Shown piece by piece: positions 50,471-62,270 of a DNA stretch of 64,000 bases. Under the pieces are notes generated by a model. That model was not told the DNA's origin. It saw only the letters and a program-made list of their open reading frames with translations, and searched no databases. The number at the start of each line of letters is the position of its first letter. Within the stretch, counting starts at the first letter, position 1. A program made the translations under genes and the position numbers. Source of the DNA: Camelus dromedarius (taxonomy: Eukaryota); NCBI RefSeq assembly GCF_036321535.1, contig NC_087437.1, forward strand, positions 75,766,001-75,830,000, written 5' to 3'.

Positions 50471-50599
50471 AGTAATAGTCCATTTTAATTGAGAAGTTAG
50501 GTTAAGTGCAACGCCATGGTTATCCAAGGGCTTGGCCCGGCACAGGGCTTTTGACAAGTGTTTTAAGGAACTCAGACTTGGTTTGGAGAATTGCAGAAG

Positions 50600-50735
50600 T
50601 ATGTGTAGAGTCAGAAGGACTTGAAAGACCATCTGGTCACCCTGCCCCTCATGCACAGAGGAGTGACTCACATAGACAGTCAAGAGATTTGCCCATGGTC
50701 ACATGGCTTATTAAGCCCACAAATTAGATTTGAGA
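50600..50735 (-). mobile_element. MIR/MIR3 fragment
   Basis: gaaggacttgaaagaccatctggtc..cccctcatgcacagaggag..gatttgcccatggtcacatggct. Confidence 0.55.
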
Positions 50736-50819
50736 ATGTATACCAAACCACATATGAGAGAAAGTAAATGTGGACCCCAACATACTCTTCTTAATTCTAT
50801 TCATAGATAACAAGGAGCA

Positions 50820-51295
50820 GAGGGGTGGAAAGTCCCACATCATGGTGACTGTGGGCTTGATTTTAGAATGCATTTCTGCTTAACATAAGCCTCTGAGTAC
50901 AGCTGAAGTCCTGGGAACTCCCTTTAAACAAAATAATGAAACTTCATAATAATGATCTGACTCACGAGTTGCCGGGAAGCTGTCCAATATCTCTACCCAG
51001 GCCCTTGCTCAACTCTGTGAAGCCAGCACCTTCCGGGAAAGGAGATTCCATGGTGTCAGAATGGTCAAAGACCTCTTCTTTGCCCCACCTTTTCTAGGAG
51101 AACCAGAACTTCCCCTCAGGCAAAGTAAACAGGGAAGTGCGCCTTGTGTCAATCAAGCTAGAATCTAACTAATTTAGAAGAAGCAGCTACTAGTGAGTAT
51201 CCAGGATGTCTCCAAAACAAATAATCTACTTCGAGAGGACTCTCCCAGTCCGAGAGATCTGATGTCACTGGGCAGTCTGGAAAATCCCCTTAGGG
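50820..51295. promoter_or_regulatory. Candidate inflammatory enhancer (NF-kB x3, GAS, AP-1, FOX/ETS)
   Basis: GGAAAGTCCC 50827-50836, GGGAACTCCC 50913-50922, TGACTCA 50958-50964, TTCCGGGAA 51031-51039, GTAAACA 51125-51131 next to GGAAGT 51133-51138, GGAAAATCCC 51279-51288. Motif evidence only. Confidence 0.55.
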
Positions 51296-54200
51296 CTGGT
51301 CTGCTTCTGCTGACAGGACCCTTCCTAATGCTCCCCGCCTTAATGGTTTCCAGAGACCACTCATTAGTCTGAGTAGTTCTGTGAGCACTATATTTTCAAG
51401 AGATGAGTTAAATTGAGCACTGGCAGGACTGTTTGAAGATACTTTTAAATGTAGTGGTTAAAATTAGATGATGTTACAATCCCCGTGAAACTTACACTGG
51501 CAGGAATGACTTAAATATTTTAAGTATTTAAATTGTTTAGGCGGTAAAAATTGTGTATTGAAACAGTGTGAATTTGGTCTGTTTCGCCCTGCCATCACCC
51601 TCTGGCTCAGTCTCGTGGGTCACCCTGATGTCACAGTTTCACTTCAGCAAAGGAGATCCTAATCCCAGGGCTGTTGAAAGAAGAGGATATGAAGGCACAT
51701 GTTTCTCATTTCTGTCTCCTGTGTTCTCGGGGGCCCAGCTGACTGCTCAGACACTTCGCTCCCACTAAGGGAAGTCAGTCACCCAAGAAGCCAACCTATT
51801 CTGACTTCTTCTCCCCAATCACCAAAGGACCAGTTGATGATCTAGTGGGTATGGCAATAAACTGTTGCATAAGGACAGCTTCCCCACTGCATATCGTGGG
51901 AAAATCCTTTCCTACACGGACTTGGCTTGCCCCATAGCTAAAGTGAAAAGATTCTTAGCGCCAAGCCAGGGGACACAGACTCCACTTAGAAATGTGAATG
52001 ATCTGAAATGGGCAAAAACGAATACTCGGTGCCAATCTAGAGGTCATCGCCATCTTTCTTTGTCTTTGAGCTATTTTATAATCCTGTAAGTTGTAGAAAA
52101 CTGATAATAGTGCAGATGATTAATATCCATAGAAAATGCAAACAAACTGTGTCGACTTGAATGCAATTGATTATTGCATTGTGGGTATTCATCAGTTTTT
52201 CATCTATTTATTTCAATATTTCTGATGGCTTATCTATATCTACATATAAGTTATCTGCCCTGGATTCGCCTTTGAACCAACTGTAACATCTTACTGATTT
52301 TTTTCATTAATTAATAAGATAAGTGAAATCTTTGGCATGTGTTCATTTTATATTCATATGTGTCATGATTTAAACTATCTAAAAATATTAGCCTTTAAAA
52401 TAAAGGTAAGCTCTATCTCATACAGTACTGCAGTGGAAATATTTCCTAACATGGATTGTGATGATTATAAAGTAGAAAACTGTAACAAGTTCACCTTTAT
52501 AAACTGCCTAAGATGACAGCAGAGAAAAACATTAACTAAAATAACCAAAATAATTACCAAAAAAGGTCTGTCCATCTTGTCAACATACAGAAAAAACAAT
52601 ATGAACATATGGACAGAAAAGAAGTAGCCGTATCAGTGGACCCAGAGGCAGGACCCCCACCCTGACTGGGGCTTCTGGTCATCATTTCCACCCCTACTTG
52701 AGAGTTTGCAAGTCAAAACAGGGCACTCCAATGTGAGGCAAACTTATGAGCCACTTCCCATCCCAGAATAATGTCACCATTAACTGTTGCCTGCCAAGAA
52801 ACCACCGCTACAAAAGGCCTGTCACGTCACCCAGAGGAGGCTTCTTCCTGGATAAAAATAAATAGCCCAAGACCCAGTACAGAGGGAGACCACACAATGA
52901 TCTGACTGGACAGGGGTCCCTTCCTTCTCTGTCATCTTACTTTTGTTTACCCAAACTAGAAGAACAAGGGACAGAAGTGTGACAAGCACACGACGTAGTT
53001 GTGTGCTGTAAGTTGCTATTGTATTTGTTCTTGGTTTTTTCTCACCTGACTTCAGGAAAAATCTATTTACTATGGGAAAAAATGGAAAGAGTCTCACTTT
53101 TCAGTTTTGACATTCAAATCCAAGGCAAACATTACTCATTCCACAAAAGAAAAAAGATTAACAAATAATAGAATCCTATTTTCATTTAAATATATATTTT
53201 TTAAATGTCTGGAAGAATATATGCAAAGAAAAACCCCAAATATCTTTGGTGAATTATGGAAATTTTTATTGACTTATTTATTAATTTTTTGCTAACTCAT
53301 TTTTCTAAATGTCCTATAATAAACTTGAATTACATTTATAACATGAGAAAAAAATTAAATAGATGGGAATTTAGTTCTAAAGTCTGTTAGGCAGGCTTTT
53401 TAATTTGGCAAGAACGAGGCTTATGTGGGTTACGGCTAGGGATGACCTTTTTTTTTTTCCACAAAAAGAGGCACAGACATCCCATCAGGTTGTCTTATCA
53501 GCTGGGCTGTTATCTATCTGAACACAGAGTTTCGAAGACTGGGACACAGAGTCTGTCTCTCTGAGAATTAGTTCAGTTAAACAGTAAAATCCTCAGAGAG
53601 ATTCAGCCCAGAAAAATGACTGATGCTATGACTCAGAATTTATCATTGATTTATAATTTTTGAACAGTGGGGGAATTCTTCCAGGTTTCATTCAGCCTTA
53701 CAAGTTTCTGTCTGCTGGCCAATGAAGGAAGAAGTACCAAAACCTTTCATGTATCATGAAGTTCAGAGAGAATTAAAGCTCAGAGACAGAGAGATTGAGA
53801 AATTTTTGCAATTAACACAAAATTCCTGGGATTAAGGAAATGACCAATTTGAAATGGGCTGATATCTGACTGAAAATCCAAGCAGACTATCAGAAGACAG
53901 AGAATCAAGGTGACCATCCCTAAGAAAGAACAGGGACAGAGATATTTCACTTATTTCTTGGGAGAAAGGATTGGATTTTTACATCAGAACCTCACTGTGT
54001 ATTTTATGTTGAATGGTCCATAACTGGTCCCCAAGCAAGGGCTTACGTTCTATACAAGCTAAAACTTCCAGGAGGCCTAGTGTGCAGACTTTAAGCAGCT
54101 GTTGATGTGGGGGACCAAGGAGCCCCACAACATGGAAAATCGGCCATTTTGAGGATGACCTCCAAACTCTGGATCTTAAAATCCCTAAGTCAGAAGACAA

Positions 54201-54999
54201 CAAAGGCCAGCTTTCGACAGTCTCCTCTCAGCCGGCCTGGGCAGTTTTCAGGATGCGGCAGAGTTGCCTCCACGCAGATGCAGGAGCGTGACCAGAGGTC
54301 CTTCAGGCTGATGCCGGGCCAGCCCTGTCTGCACCGGTTCTGCAAGTTACAGGGAAACTGGGCTGTATAACAAAGAGCAAATAGTAATAAACTATAGTAA
54401 TAAGAAAGACACCAACAAAAAAAATGTAACAGCCCATGACGGCACTGTTGTGAAACCAGGATCTTTCTTCCCTTTCACTTAGAGAAGTCTGGAGTGGAAA
54501 GGAGATAAGACAGTGATGAACCATTGCAGATCAAGAGAGCATTTGGCAGTAGAGGAAAATGGGACCCCACAGGCTCTCCCGGGGCTTCTGCAGCAGTGCA
54601 GTGAGGGACTTCTTCCTTTGGCCAGCAGTCTGGGCAGAACATCACCTGTGTCTGTCCTGGAGTGAAAGAGGAGATTAGAGAAGCATGAAGATCTGGGGAC
54701 AAATCTGATATTTACTGGTTTTTTTTCTCTTAGAAAGACAAGATTGTGGTGTGACTTGGGCAAACACCCTCTCAGTCAGTGGCTTTCATATTCTCAAATG
54801 ATACATTCTGTTGACAAGCATAAACTATATAATAAAATAACTCCTTGGTGAATTGGTAGACATCTTAGCTTGGTGTATCTAACTGAACACTTCTGTGAAC
54901 TTCCTAATGTCCACTTTCAATTAAGGGTGTTGGGAATATAAAGCAGTATCACCTAGGAAAGCAGTTTAACAAGATACAACTCATGAATTTTACAGGTAC

Positions 55000-55460
55000 T
55001 TTTACTCTTTGTCCAGTTATCCCATTTTTGGAAATACCCTAAAGAAATAATAATTAATGCAAAGATCCATGCACAAAGATGTTTATTATCACGTTACTTA
55101 TAAAAGTCAAAAAACTTCTACCAGTCTAAATGCTCAAAAGTTAGAGATTGGTTAAGTAAATTATGAAAATCTGCACTATGTATGTAATAGAACTATTAAA
55201 ATGATGGTTATAAGGAATTTTTTTATGCCATTTGGAACTGTCTATAATATTATTTTAAGAGGGACAAACAAGCTAGTAAACTTTAATATGCCATTTAAGC
55301 TCTCAGCTGTATAAGACATACTATGTATAGAAATAGGAAATACATTAAAAATTATCTGAGTGATAAGATCATGTTTGATTTTTATTCCTTTTCCTGTCCC
55401 TTTTTTAGATTTTATTTTCCAAGTTTTTACATAAGCAAGTAATTAATTATAATCTAAAAA
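55000..55460 (+). mobile_element. Old L1 (L1ME-like) 3' end
   Basis: atcccatttttggaaataccctaaagaaataat..atgcacaaagatgtttatt..gattggttaagtaaattatg. Confidence 0.65.
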
Positions 55461-55814
55461 AAAAAAAAAGAAGAGTGTGTGTGTGTGTGTGCCCACATTC
55501 ACATATATATTCTTTTGTGCACACATACAGACACACAACTTTTGGTACCTTGACCGGAAAGCAGCTCGCTCTTGCACAATGGCCGTCACTTGTGTTGCGA
55601 ACTCAATATTCTTATTCCTTTTCCATTTCCAGCTGGAATAATAGTTGCATATCTATTTGTTCTATACCTTTTACCCCCTCTCCTCATAAACACACATACA
55701 CACCCCCCATATACACAACACACATGAACACAAACACACCCACACACATGACTAAAATCTTTGTGAACAGGGACCTGAGATCACATAGGGTGAAGTGCAT
55801 GAGTCCCTCCATAA

Positions 55815-56076
55815 AAACAGACTTGGGTTAAGGGGGGGGGGGGCGGATGGAGGGATAAATTGGGAGTTTGGACTTAGCAGATACTAACTATATATAAAAT
55901 AGATAAACAACAATGTCCTACTGTATAGCACAGGGAACTATATCCAATACCTTGTAATGGCCTATAATGAAAAAGAATATGAAACAATGTATATATATGC
56001 ATGTATAAATGAATCACTATGCTGTACACCAGAAATTAACACCCTGCAAACTGACTATACTTCAATTAAAAAAAAA
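55815..56076 (+). mobile_element. Short 5'-truncated L1 3' end with poly(A)
   Basis: gggataaattgggagtttggacttagcagatac..ctgtatagcacagggaactatatccaata..gaatcactatgctgtacaccagaaattaac..ctatacttcaattaaaaaaaaa. Confidence 0.9.
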
Positions 56077-57564
56077 GTCCTCTATAAATGTCTTCTCTCT
56101 CTCCCTTTCTCTTCCTTCTTCCTTTTTTAAAAATTTTCCCCCTGCCTATCACTCTTCCCTCCCTGATGCCTGAGGAAAGAATGAGAAAGACAGGCATGGG
56201 GGAGGGGAGGGCGAGGCCGGCAGGTCGCCTTGGCAGGATTAAGGGGTAGTCCTGTCAAAACCCAGCAGAGATAGGGTCTAGGCTGTGCTGGAGAAGAGCC
56301 TGGGAGGCAGAGAGCTTGGACTCGATGACACGGGCCATTTGGAGCCCCAGTAGGCTCCCCAGCAGGGAGCACCCACATTCCAGAGAAGACAGACCTAAGG
56401 AAGGCCCTGGGCCAAGGTGCAGGCCCGGCAGCCAGCCCGTCTTCAGCTCCAGGGCCTCGGGACACGCAGGGTTGGTGCAGTGGGTCTCGGGGGTTATCTC
56501 CTCTCCCCTTTCCCGATATACTGGCTTCATGTAGAGCAGGGCTCACAGACCCAGGATTCAGCTGTGGTGCAAGTGAGGCAGGCCAAGTGTGATGAGACAC
56601 AGAGCGAAAGGGACGGGGCCTGCGGGAAACGTTTGCTCTCTGAAGTAGCCCTGCGTACTTCATGCCAGCACTTCTGCTCAGTGGGCAGGAGGCCAAGAGT
56701 TGTTTTCCAATTTTCCAGAGGAAGCTGAAAATCCAAAGGAGCTTGGAATTCTAGGGGTGGGGTGGATGTGTATGTGGGTGTGTGTGTAAGAAATCTCTAT
56801 TTTTTTTAATGTTGGCTCAATTAAAAAACAAAACAGTAACAGTTGTAGACCAGATATATATAACATATCTGCTGGGTGGATTTAATAGGTGGGCCATTGG
56901 TTGGGGAATCTCTGAAATAAGACTGTGTAAAGCTGCCTCCCCTCTTCCATTATGGCTGCAAAGAAATATGGTTTCTCCTATAAAGAGACAAATATTTAGT
57001 TCCTACAATGTGCACAACATATCCTACAAACAATAAGGGATCCATGAGAAATACTGAGTTGTTCTCTGGCTTCTAGGAACTTAAAAAACTGTTGAGGCAA
57101 TAAGCTCCACACTCAGGAAAGTCAGGTAACAGTGCTATGCAGAATTCTGGCATCAACCCAAATGGATCAAATTAAATATCCCAAAGTCACCTTACAAAGA
57201 AAGGATGGCTTTTAGATCTATATCAAAACTTGACTGTAGTAAAACCAGTGGTGTGGAAGTATCCAGAGTATTGTTCACTTTTATATTCCTAGCACTTGTC
57301 CCATAGTAAATGATGTTCAACAAATATTTCTTGAATAAAAGGGTAAAATTCATGAGTCATAGAAGGGAAAAAATAAGTCTCATAAGCTTAGAAAAATGGG
57401 GGAAAAGAGAAGCACATATTTCCACTGTTGATAACAATATCCAATGGGGAGACCTTGAATTTGGGAGCTAGAGCATTTGATCAGTAGAGTCCCCATTCCT
57501 GTTAAGGAGCAGGGGAGTGTAACCAGTTCTCATTGTAGCCCGTATTAAATAGTTCACGGTGGTG

Positions 57565-57710
57565 GGGGAGGGTATAGCTCAAATGGTAGAGTGCATACTT
57601 AGCATGCATGAGGTCCTAGGTTCCATCTCCAGTACTTCTTCTAAGAATAAATAAATAAGTAAACCTAATTACCTTCCCCCACCAAAAAAAATTAAATTAA
57701 AAATAAAAAA
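57565..57710 (+). mobile_element. Camelid tRNA-Ala-derived SINE (Vic-1 type) with TSD
   Basis: ggggagggtatagctcaaatggtagagtgcatacttagcatgcatgaggtcctaggttccatctccagtac..aaataaataagtaaacctaattacc plus A-tail; TSD core aaatagttcac at 57547-57557 and 57708-57718. Confidence 0.9.
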
Positions 57711-58174
57711 TAGTTCACAGGGGTATTTTCCTTCTCTGCTGAAATGTCTAGCCAACCTCCTAGTGACTAGCTAGCTTCCCTGACTTCTTGAGGGAGGGAG
57801 AAAGGTGCCCAGGGTAGGGAACCCATGCATTCTGCCCATGTGAATGGCCTGTATCCCTTTATAATGATCATTCTGATTTACACAGGTGGGCTTGGAGGGT
57901 CTGGTTCATGGTATTCTGTCTCCCCAGGGCCAAATGCTACTCTTTAGGAACTTATCTTGGTAACTTGCAACTGATTTTTCCTGCTGGTGCCTCTAATTCA
58001 TCATCCCTTTACTCCTAGAACTGGCATCATGGAATAATGGCCTAAATGAGCAAAGCAGACAGAACACACCCTTGTAGATCAAAGACAGGAGCAGTTGTCA
58101 TGTTTGAGTAGTCAGGAGAAAGCTCAGAACAGCAGAGGAGCCATGGATGGGTCTTAAAAGTGAATCAGTTTTAG

Positions 58175-58850
58175 TAAAAAGAGACTTACCATATGATCCA
58201 GCAATCCCACTTCTGGGCACATATCCAGAGGGAACTCTAATGCAAAAAGATACATGCACCCCAATGTTCATAGCAGCACTATATACAATAGCCAAGACAT
58301 AGAACCAACCTAAATGTCCATTGACAGATCACTGGATAAAGAAGTTGTGGTATATTTATTTATACAATGGAATACTACTCAGCCATAAAAAAGAATAAAA
58401 GAATGCCATTTGCAGCAACATGGATGGACCTAGAAATCATCATTTTAAGTGAAGTAAACCAGAAAGAGAAAGAAAAATACCAGATGATATCACTTATACA
58501 TGGAATCTAAAAGAAAAAGGACACTAATGAACTCATCTACAAAACAAAACAGAAACAGACTTGCAGACTTAGTAAGCAATCTTATGGTTACCGGGGAAAG
58601 GGGGTGGAAGGGGATAAATTTGGGAGTTTGAGATTTACAAATGTTAGCCACTATATGTAAAAATAGATTTTAAAAAAATTTCTTTTGTATAGCACAGGGA
58701 ACTATATTCAATATCTTATAATAACGTTTAATGGAAAAAATATGAAAACGAATATATGAATGTATATGCATGATAGACATACTGTTTTGTATACCAGAAA
58801 TTGACACATTGTAATTGACTGTGCTTTAATTTAAAAAAAAAGAAAAAAAA
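58175..58850 (+). mobile_element. 5'-truncated L1 (ORF2 3' end, 3' UTR, poly(A)) with TSD
   Basis: ttaccatatgatccagcaatcccacttctgggc..gatacatgcaccccaatgttcatagcagcactat..; TSD tgaatcagttttag 58161-58174 and tgaatatgttttag 58851-58864. Confidence 0.9.
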
Positions 58851-59934
58851 TGAATATGTTTTAGAAAGGTGGTGGAGGGGGTGGAGGATCAGTAACATGG
58901 CGGGTGGTGATAAAACTTACTTGCTCTATCAGAAAGTTTGCTTCAGAAGGGTATGAGAGAAAGTGAGTTGGGTCAGCCCAAAAGCCAGGCTGAAGGGTTT
59001 GAACTTTATCCAACAGACTTATGGGGCAGAAACTAAAGTTTGAGGGAAGAAATGATGGGGTGAAATTGGTGTTTTACTCAGATCTTTTGGAATGAGTAGA
59101 AAGGACTTCACTGCCTTTTCATTATTGCTCAGGAATAATGAACCAATCCTAAAGGGATTTGTGGGAGTCAAACAGGGCCTTGCCCAAGGATGTGAATTTA
59201 TTGCAAGTGCCTGATGCTTGGTCTCCAGGAGCCAGGTGGACAATCAGAACACAGTGGGCCTTGGGTTCCTGGAACAAGCTCAGCCATGAAGACAACGGGA
59301 GAAACACTGCAGTGAACTCAGGCCCTGTCGTTACTAACCGCCCAACTCTGCTGGTCCTGATGAAGCGAAAGCTCTAGGCTCTCTTGTCACAGACAACATT
59401 TCCAACACAGCCATTTACAAGCCCCTGGAAACACCCTTAGACTTTGGCAATACCAGGAATTCAAAGCTGCAGCCATGTGACTCCCCAAAAATTAAAAGTA
59501 AAAGAAAACTTCCGAGGGCATCGTGATCAGCTTTATGAATTTCGAGTGAGCGAGCAGCAGGGACAAGTGCTCACAGGGCCCCTTAGATGAGCTGGGAACT
59601 TGTCACAAGTATCTGGAGCTGCAGTTTTCAACCTGAGTCAGTTCAGTCCCGGATCCCACTATTTAAATGAAAACTTATCTAGGATTCCAATACACAGAAT
59701 GGATGGAAGTGTCAAGGCTCTGGCTAAAGAACACAGGGAACCCTTTCTGATGGGCCTTTGCGCCATGCACGCTCCACAGCTAGCCCAGCTCCACCCATGG
59801 GGAGCCTGAGTCACCTCTGCTTAAGCCCAGTGCTCCCTAGATCACAGCATGAAAGCAACGGGGCTGGACTGCAGAATGAACACATGGTTTAACTGTGGGC
59901 CAAGGTAATAATAGCAGTTGTAATCATTATTTTA

Positions 59935-60170
59935 AGTAACATTGATTTAGCACTTGTTATGTGCCAAAGATTGTCATAAGCACTTTCCATGTGTTAATTC
60001 ATTGCCCCCCCCAACAACCCTTTGAGGTTAGAATCTATCATTACTCCCATTTTACAGAGGAGGAAACTGAGGTCTAAGGAAATTCATTATCTTGCCTAAG
60101 CTAGCATAGTGAGCAGTAAAGCCAGGATGTGATTCCAGAAGTCTGATTACAGAATCAGCCCTTTGAATGC
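59935..60170 (-). mobile_element. MIR SINE, near full length
   Basis: aacattgatttagcacttgttatgtgcca..caacaaccctttgaggt..cccattttacagaggaggaaactgaggtc..cttgcctaag. Confidence 0.85.
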
Positions 60171-61554
60171 TTCAGTCTCATTGGTTCTGCCTCATTACCT
60201 TGGGAAAGTTATTAAACTGAGTGTTTAGTTTTAGGGCTTCCCCACACCCATCCCTAAAAAGAGAGGAACTGTCAGAGGAGCCAGTCAAGCAAGGTTCACA
60301 GGGGCCTGGACTCGAGGTCAGATTCATTCCATCCCTCTTTGCAATACTTTAAAACAAATGACTCCCCCAACAGCATCAGGGAAATCTGACATCCCTGCTC
60401 TGTGTTTCACAGGAGGAGGGATTGCAGCATCGAAGCCATGGCTATAAATATCCGAGTTAATGAGGGAGGACTCCTGGGGACCTAAATGAATCTATTTTAT
60501 GAGTTTTTCATACATCAGGTTAATGTGATTCTGACAAATAATTATATTGAAAACTGGACGGGGACTGAGAACATTGTGATTCCTTTTGAATGTTACAGCA
60601 GAGCCTTCTGGCCAATTAAAGGGTGATGACGCCAGCACTGAAATGCACAGCAAAACTAGAACAATTTGTGGCATTTAGACAAAGGCGCTCACAGCTCTGC
60701 ACTCCGGCTCGGGCAATGGGATTGTCATTGTCTGATCCCTTAATGAGCGGAGCAGCTCCTTTGTATAGATTACTGTACTGTTAGGTCTGGCGTGGATGCG
60801 GGAGGACGAGGTAGAGGCAGAATGGAATACTAATATGACTTTTTCTTTCTTTTCTTCTTTTTTCTTCTTCTTCTTCTTTTTTTTTTTTACATCAACTATA
60901 AGGATGTTCACATGGAAGGACATATACATTGGGTGAGCCCTGAAAACAGGTTTTCTGTTTGAATATGTCAACCGTGATGGCAGCTTCTTGTTTGACTAGG
61001 AGGACGGCTTATTCTCTCTTGGGTTAATGACAGTGGCCCCTGAGGGCAAAGGGCTTCTTACAGAAGATGGAGAAGAAAGACACTATGTGGCTGTGACATT
61101 TGCCAACATCTAATTGGGTTTCCACGAAGTCCTGGCTCTGTGTTCCAGGCTGGGACTCCCAGGAAGACAGACCTCAGAGAAGGCATTCAAGTTCATAGGC
61201 CTTTCGTCAGCCATAGGGAGCTTCTCTCCAGCCCTACAGGCTGTTCACTGCCCAAGGGCATCATCCCACCGGGGTGCAGAGAGGCTGAAGTTCAGCCCTT
61301 GCTCTGCTCACCCTGCCTCACTGCCTGGAGAAAGGGGGCATTTTCTAATTTGGACAAAGGCACTGTATGGGTTAGCAGTGGCCCTCGGCTCACTCAGTGC
61401 GGACAAGGCCCCACTGCCTGGGCTGTTAGAGCAACATAAAGGGACAGCTTTCTTTGTCTTTCTAGTGCTCCCAGACAACCTCCATTTGCTTCTGCATTTT
61501 CCTGCCTTACCGTGCTCAGTGTCCTCTCATGTGGCGTAAAGAGAGTGAGAAAGA

Positions 61555-62270
61555 AAGAAACTCATAGTTCCAGAGAACACATTGGTGGTTGCCAGAGGCA
61601 GGGTTTGGTGGGGGGAGGGTGGGGGGAATGGGGGAAAGGGGTCAAAGGTACAAACTTACAGTTATAAGGTAAACAAGTCCTGTGATGTAATAACGGGCAG
61701 CATGGTGACTGTAGTTAACAATGCTGTATCGCGTATTGGAAAGTTGCTAAGTGAGTAGATTAAAATTTCTTATCACAGGAAAAGAAAAGTAGTGACTCTG
61801 TGTGTTGATGGATGTTAACCAAACTTACTGGGACGAACATTTTGCAACACACAATCAGCCCTCCTTAACTGTGGGTTCCGCATCTCTGGATTCAACCAAA
61901 CATCAAAAATAGTAAAAAAAAAAGAAAAAGAAAAAGAAAAAAATCCAGAAAGTTCCAAAAAACAAAACTTGAATTTGCCACACAACTACTTACATTGTAT
62001 TACAACTAGGTACAGAGCATTTACATTGCATTAGGTACTATAAGTAACCTAAAGATGGTTCAAATGGTATGTGTAGGTTCTATGCAAATACTACACCATT
62101 TTGTGTAGTATTCGTGGATTTTGGCATCCAAAGGGGTCCTGGGGAACCAGACCCCACAGACACTGAGGGACAACTGTATACATATATCAAATCATGATGT
62201 TGCACACCTAAAACTGACGCAATGTTACATGTCAAATATATCAACAAAAATTTTTTAAATTAATTTATTA
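61555..62270 (+). mobile_element. L1 (L1MA9/10-like) 3' UTR split by a Tigger element
   Basis: ttggtggttgccagaggcaggg..gtcaaaggtacaaacttacagttataag..gcagcatggtgactgtagttaacaat..gaaagttgctaag; resumes at tatacatatatcaaatcat. Confidence 0.85.
61852..62176. mobile_element. Tigger3/MER7-like TcMar DNA transposon derivative
   Basis: Ends caatcagccctcc..gtgggttccgcatc and ..cactgagggacaactg followed by TA; internal gcatttacattgcattaggtactataagtaacct. Confidence 0.85.

Noticed and set aside
57565..57640. tRNA-Ala(AGC)-like gene (also at 10660-10735 on the minus strand)
   Set aside because: Followed by a SINE body and A-rich tail, with a TSD at this copy and a degenerate B box; these are SINE heads.
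16828..59274. Isolated TTCN3GAA (GAS) and TGASTCA (AP-1) matches, for example at 16828, 43349, 57071, 57353 and 59266
   Set aside because: Their numbers are compatible with chance in 64 kb; only clustered or context-supported cases were kept.
38884..61640. G-quadruplex-capable tracts (G20 at 38884; G-runs at about 61600-61640)
   Set aside because: The first is a simple homopolymer and the second is the ordinary G-rich tract of an L1 3' UTR; no evidence of function.
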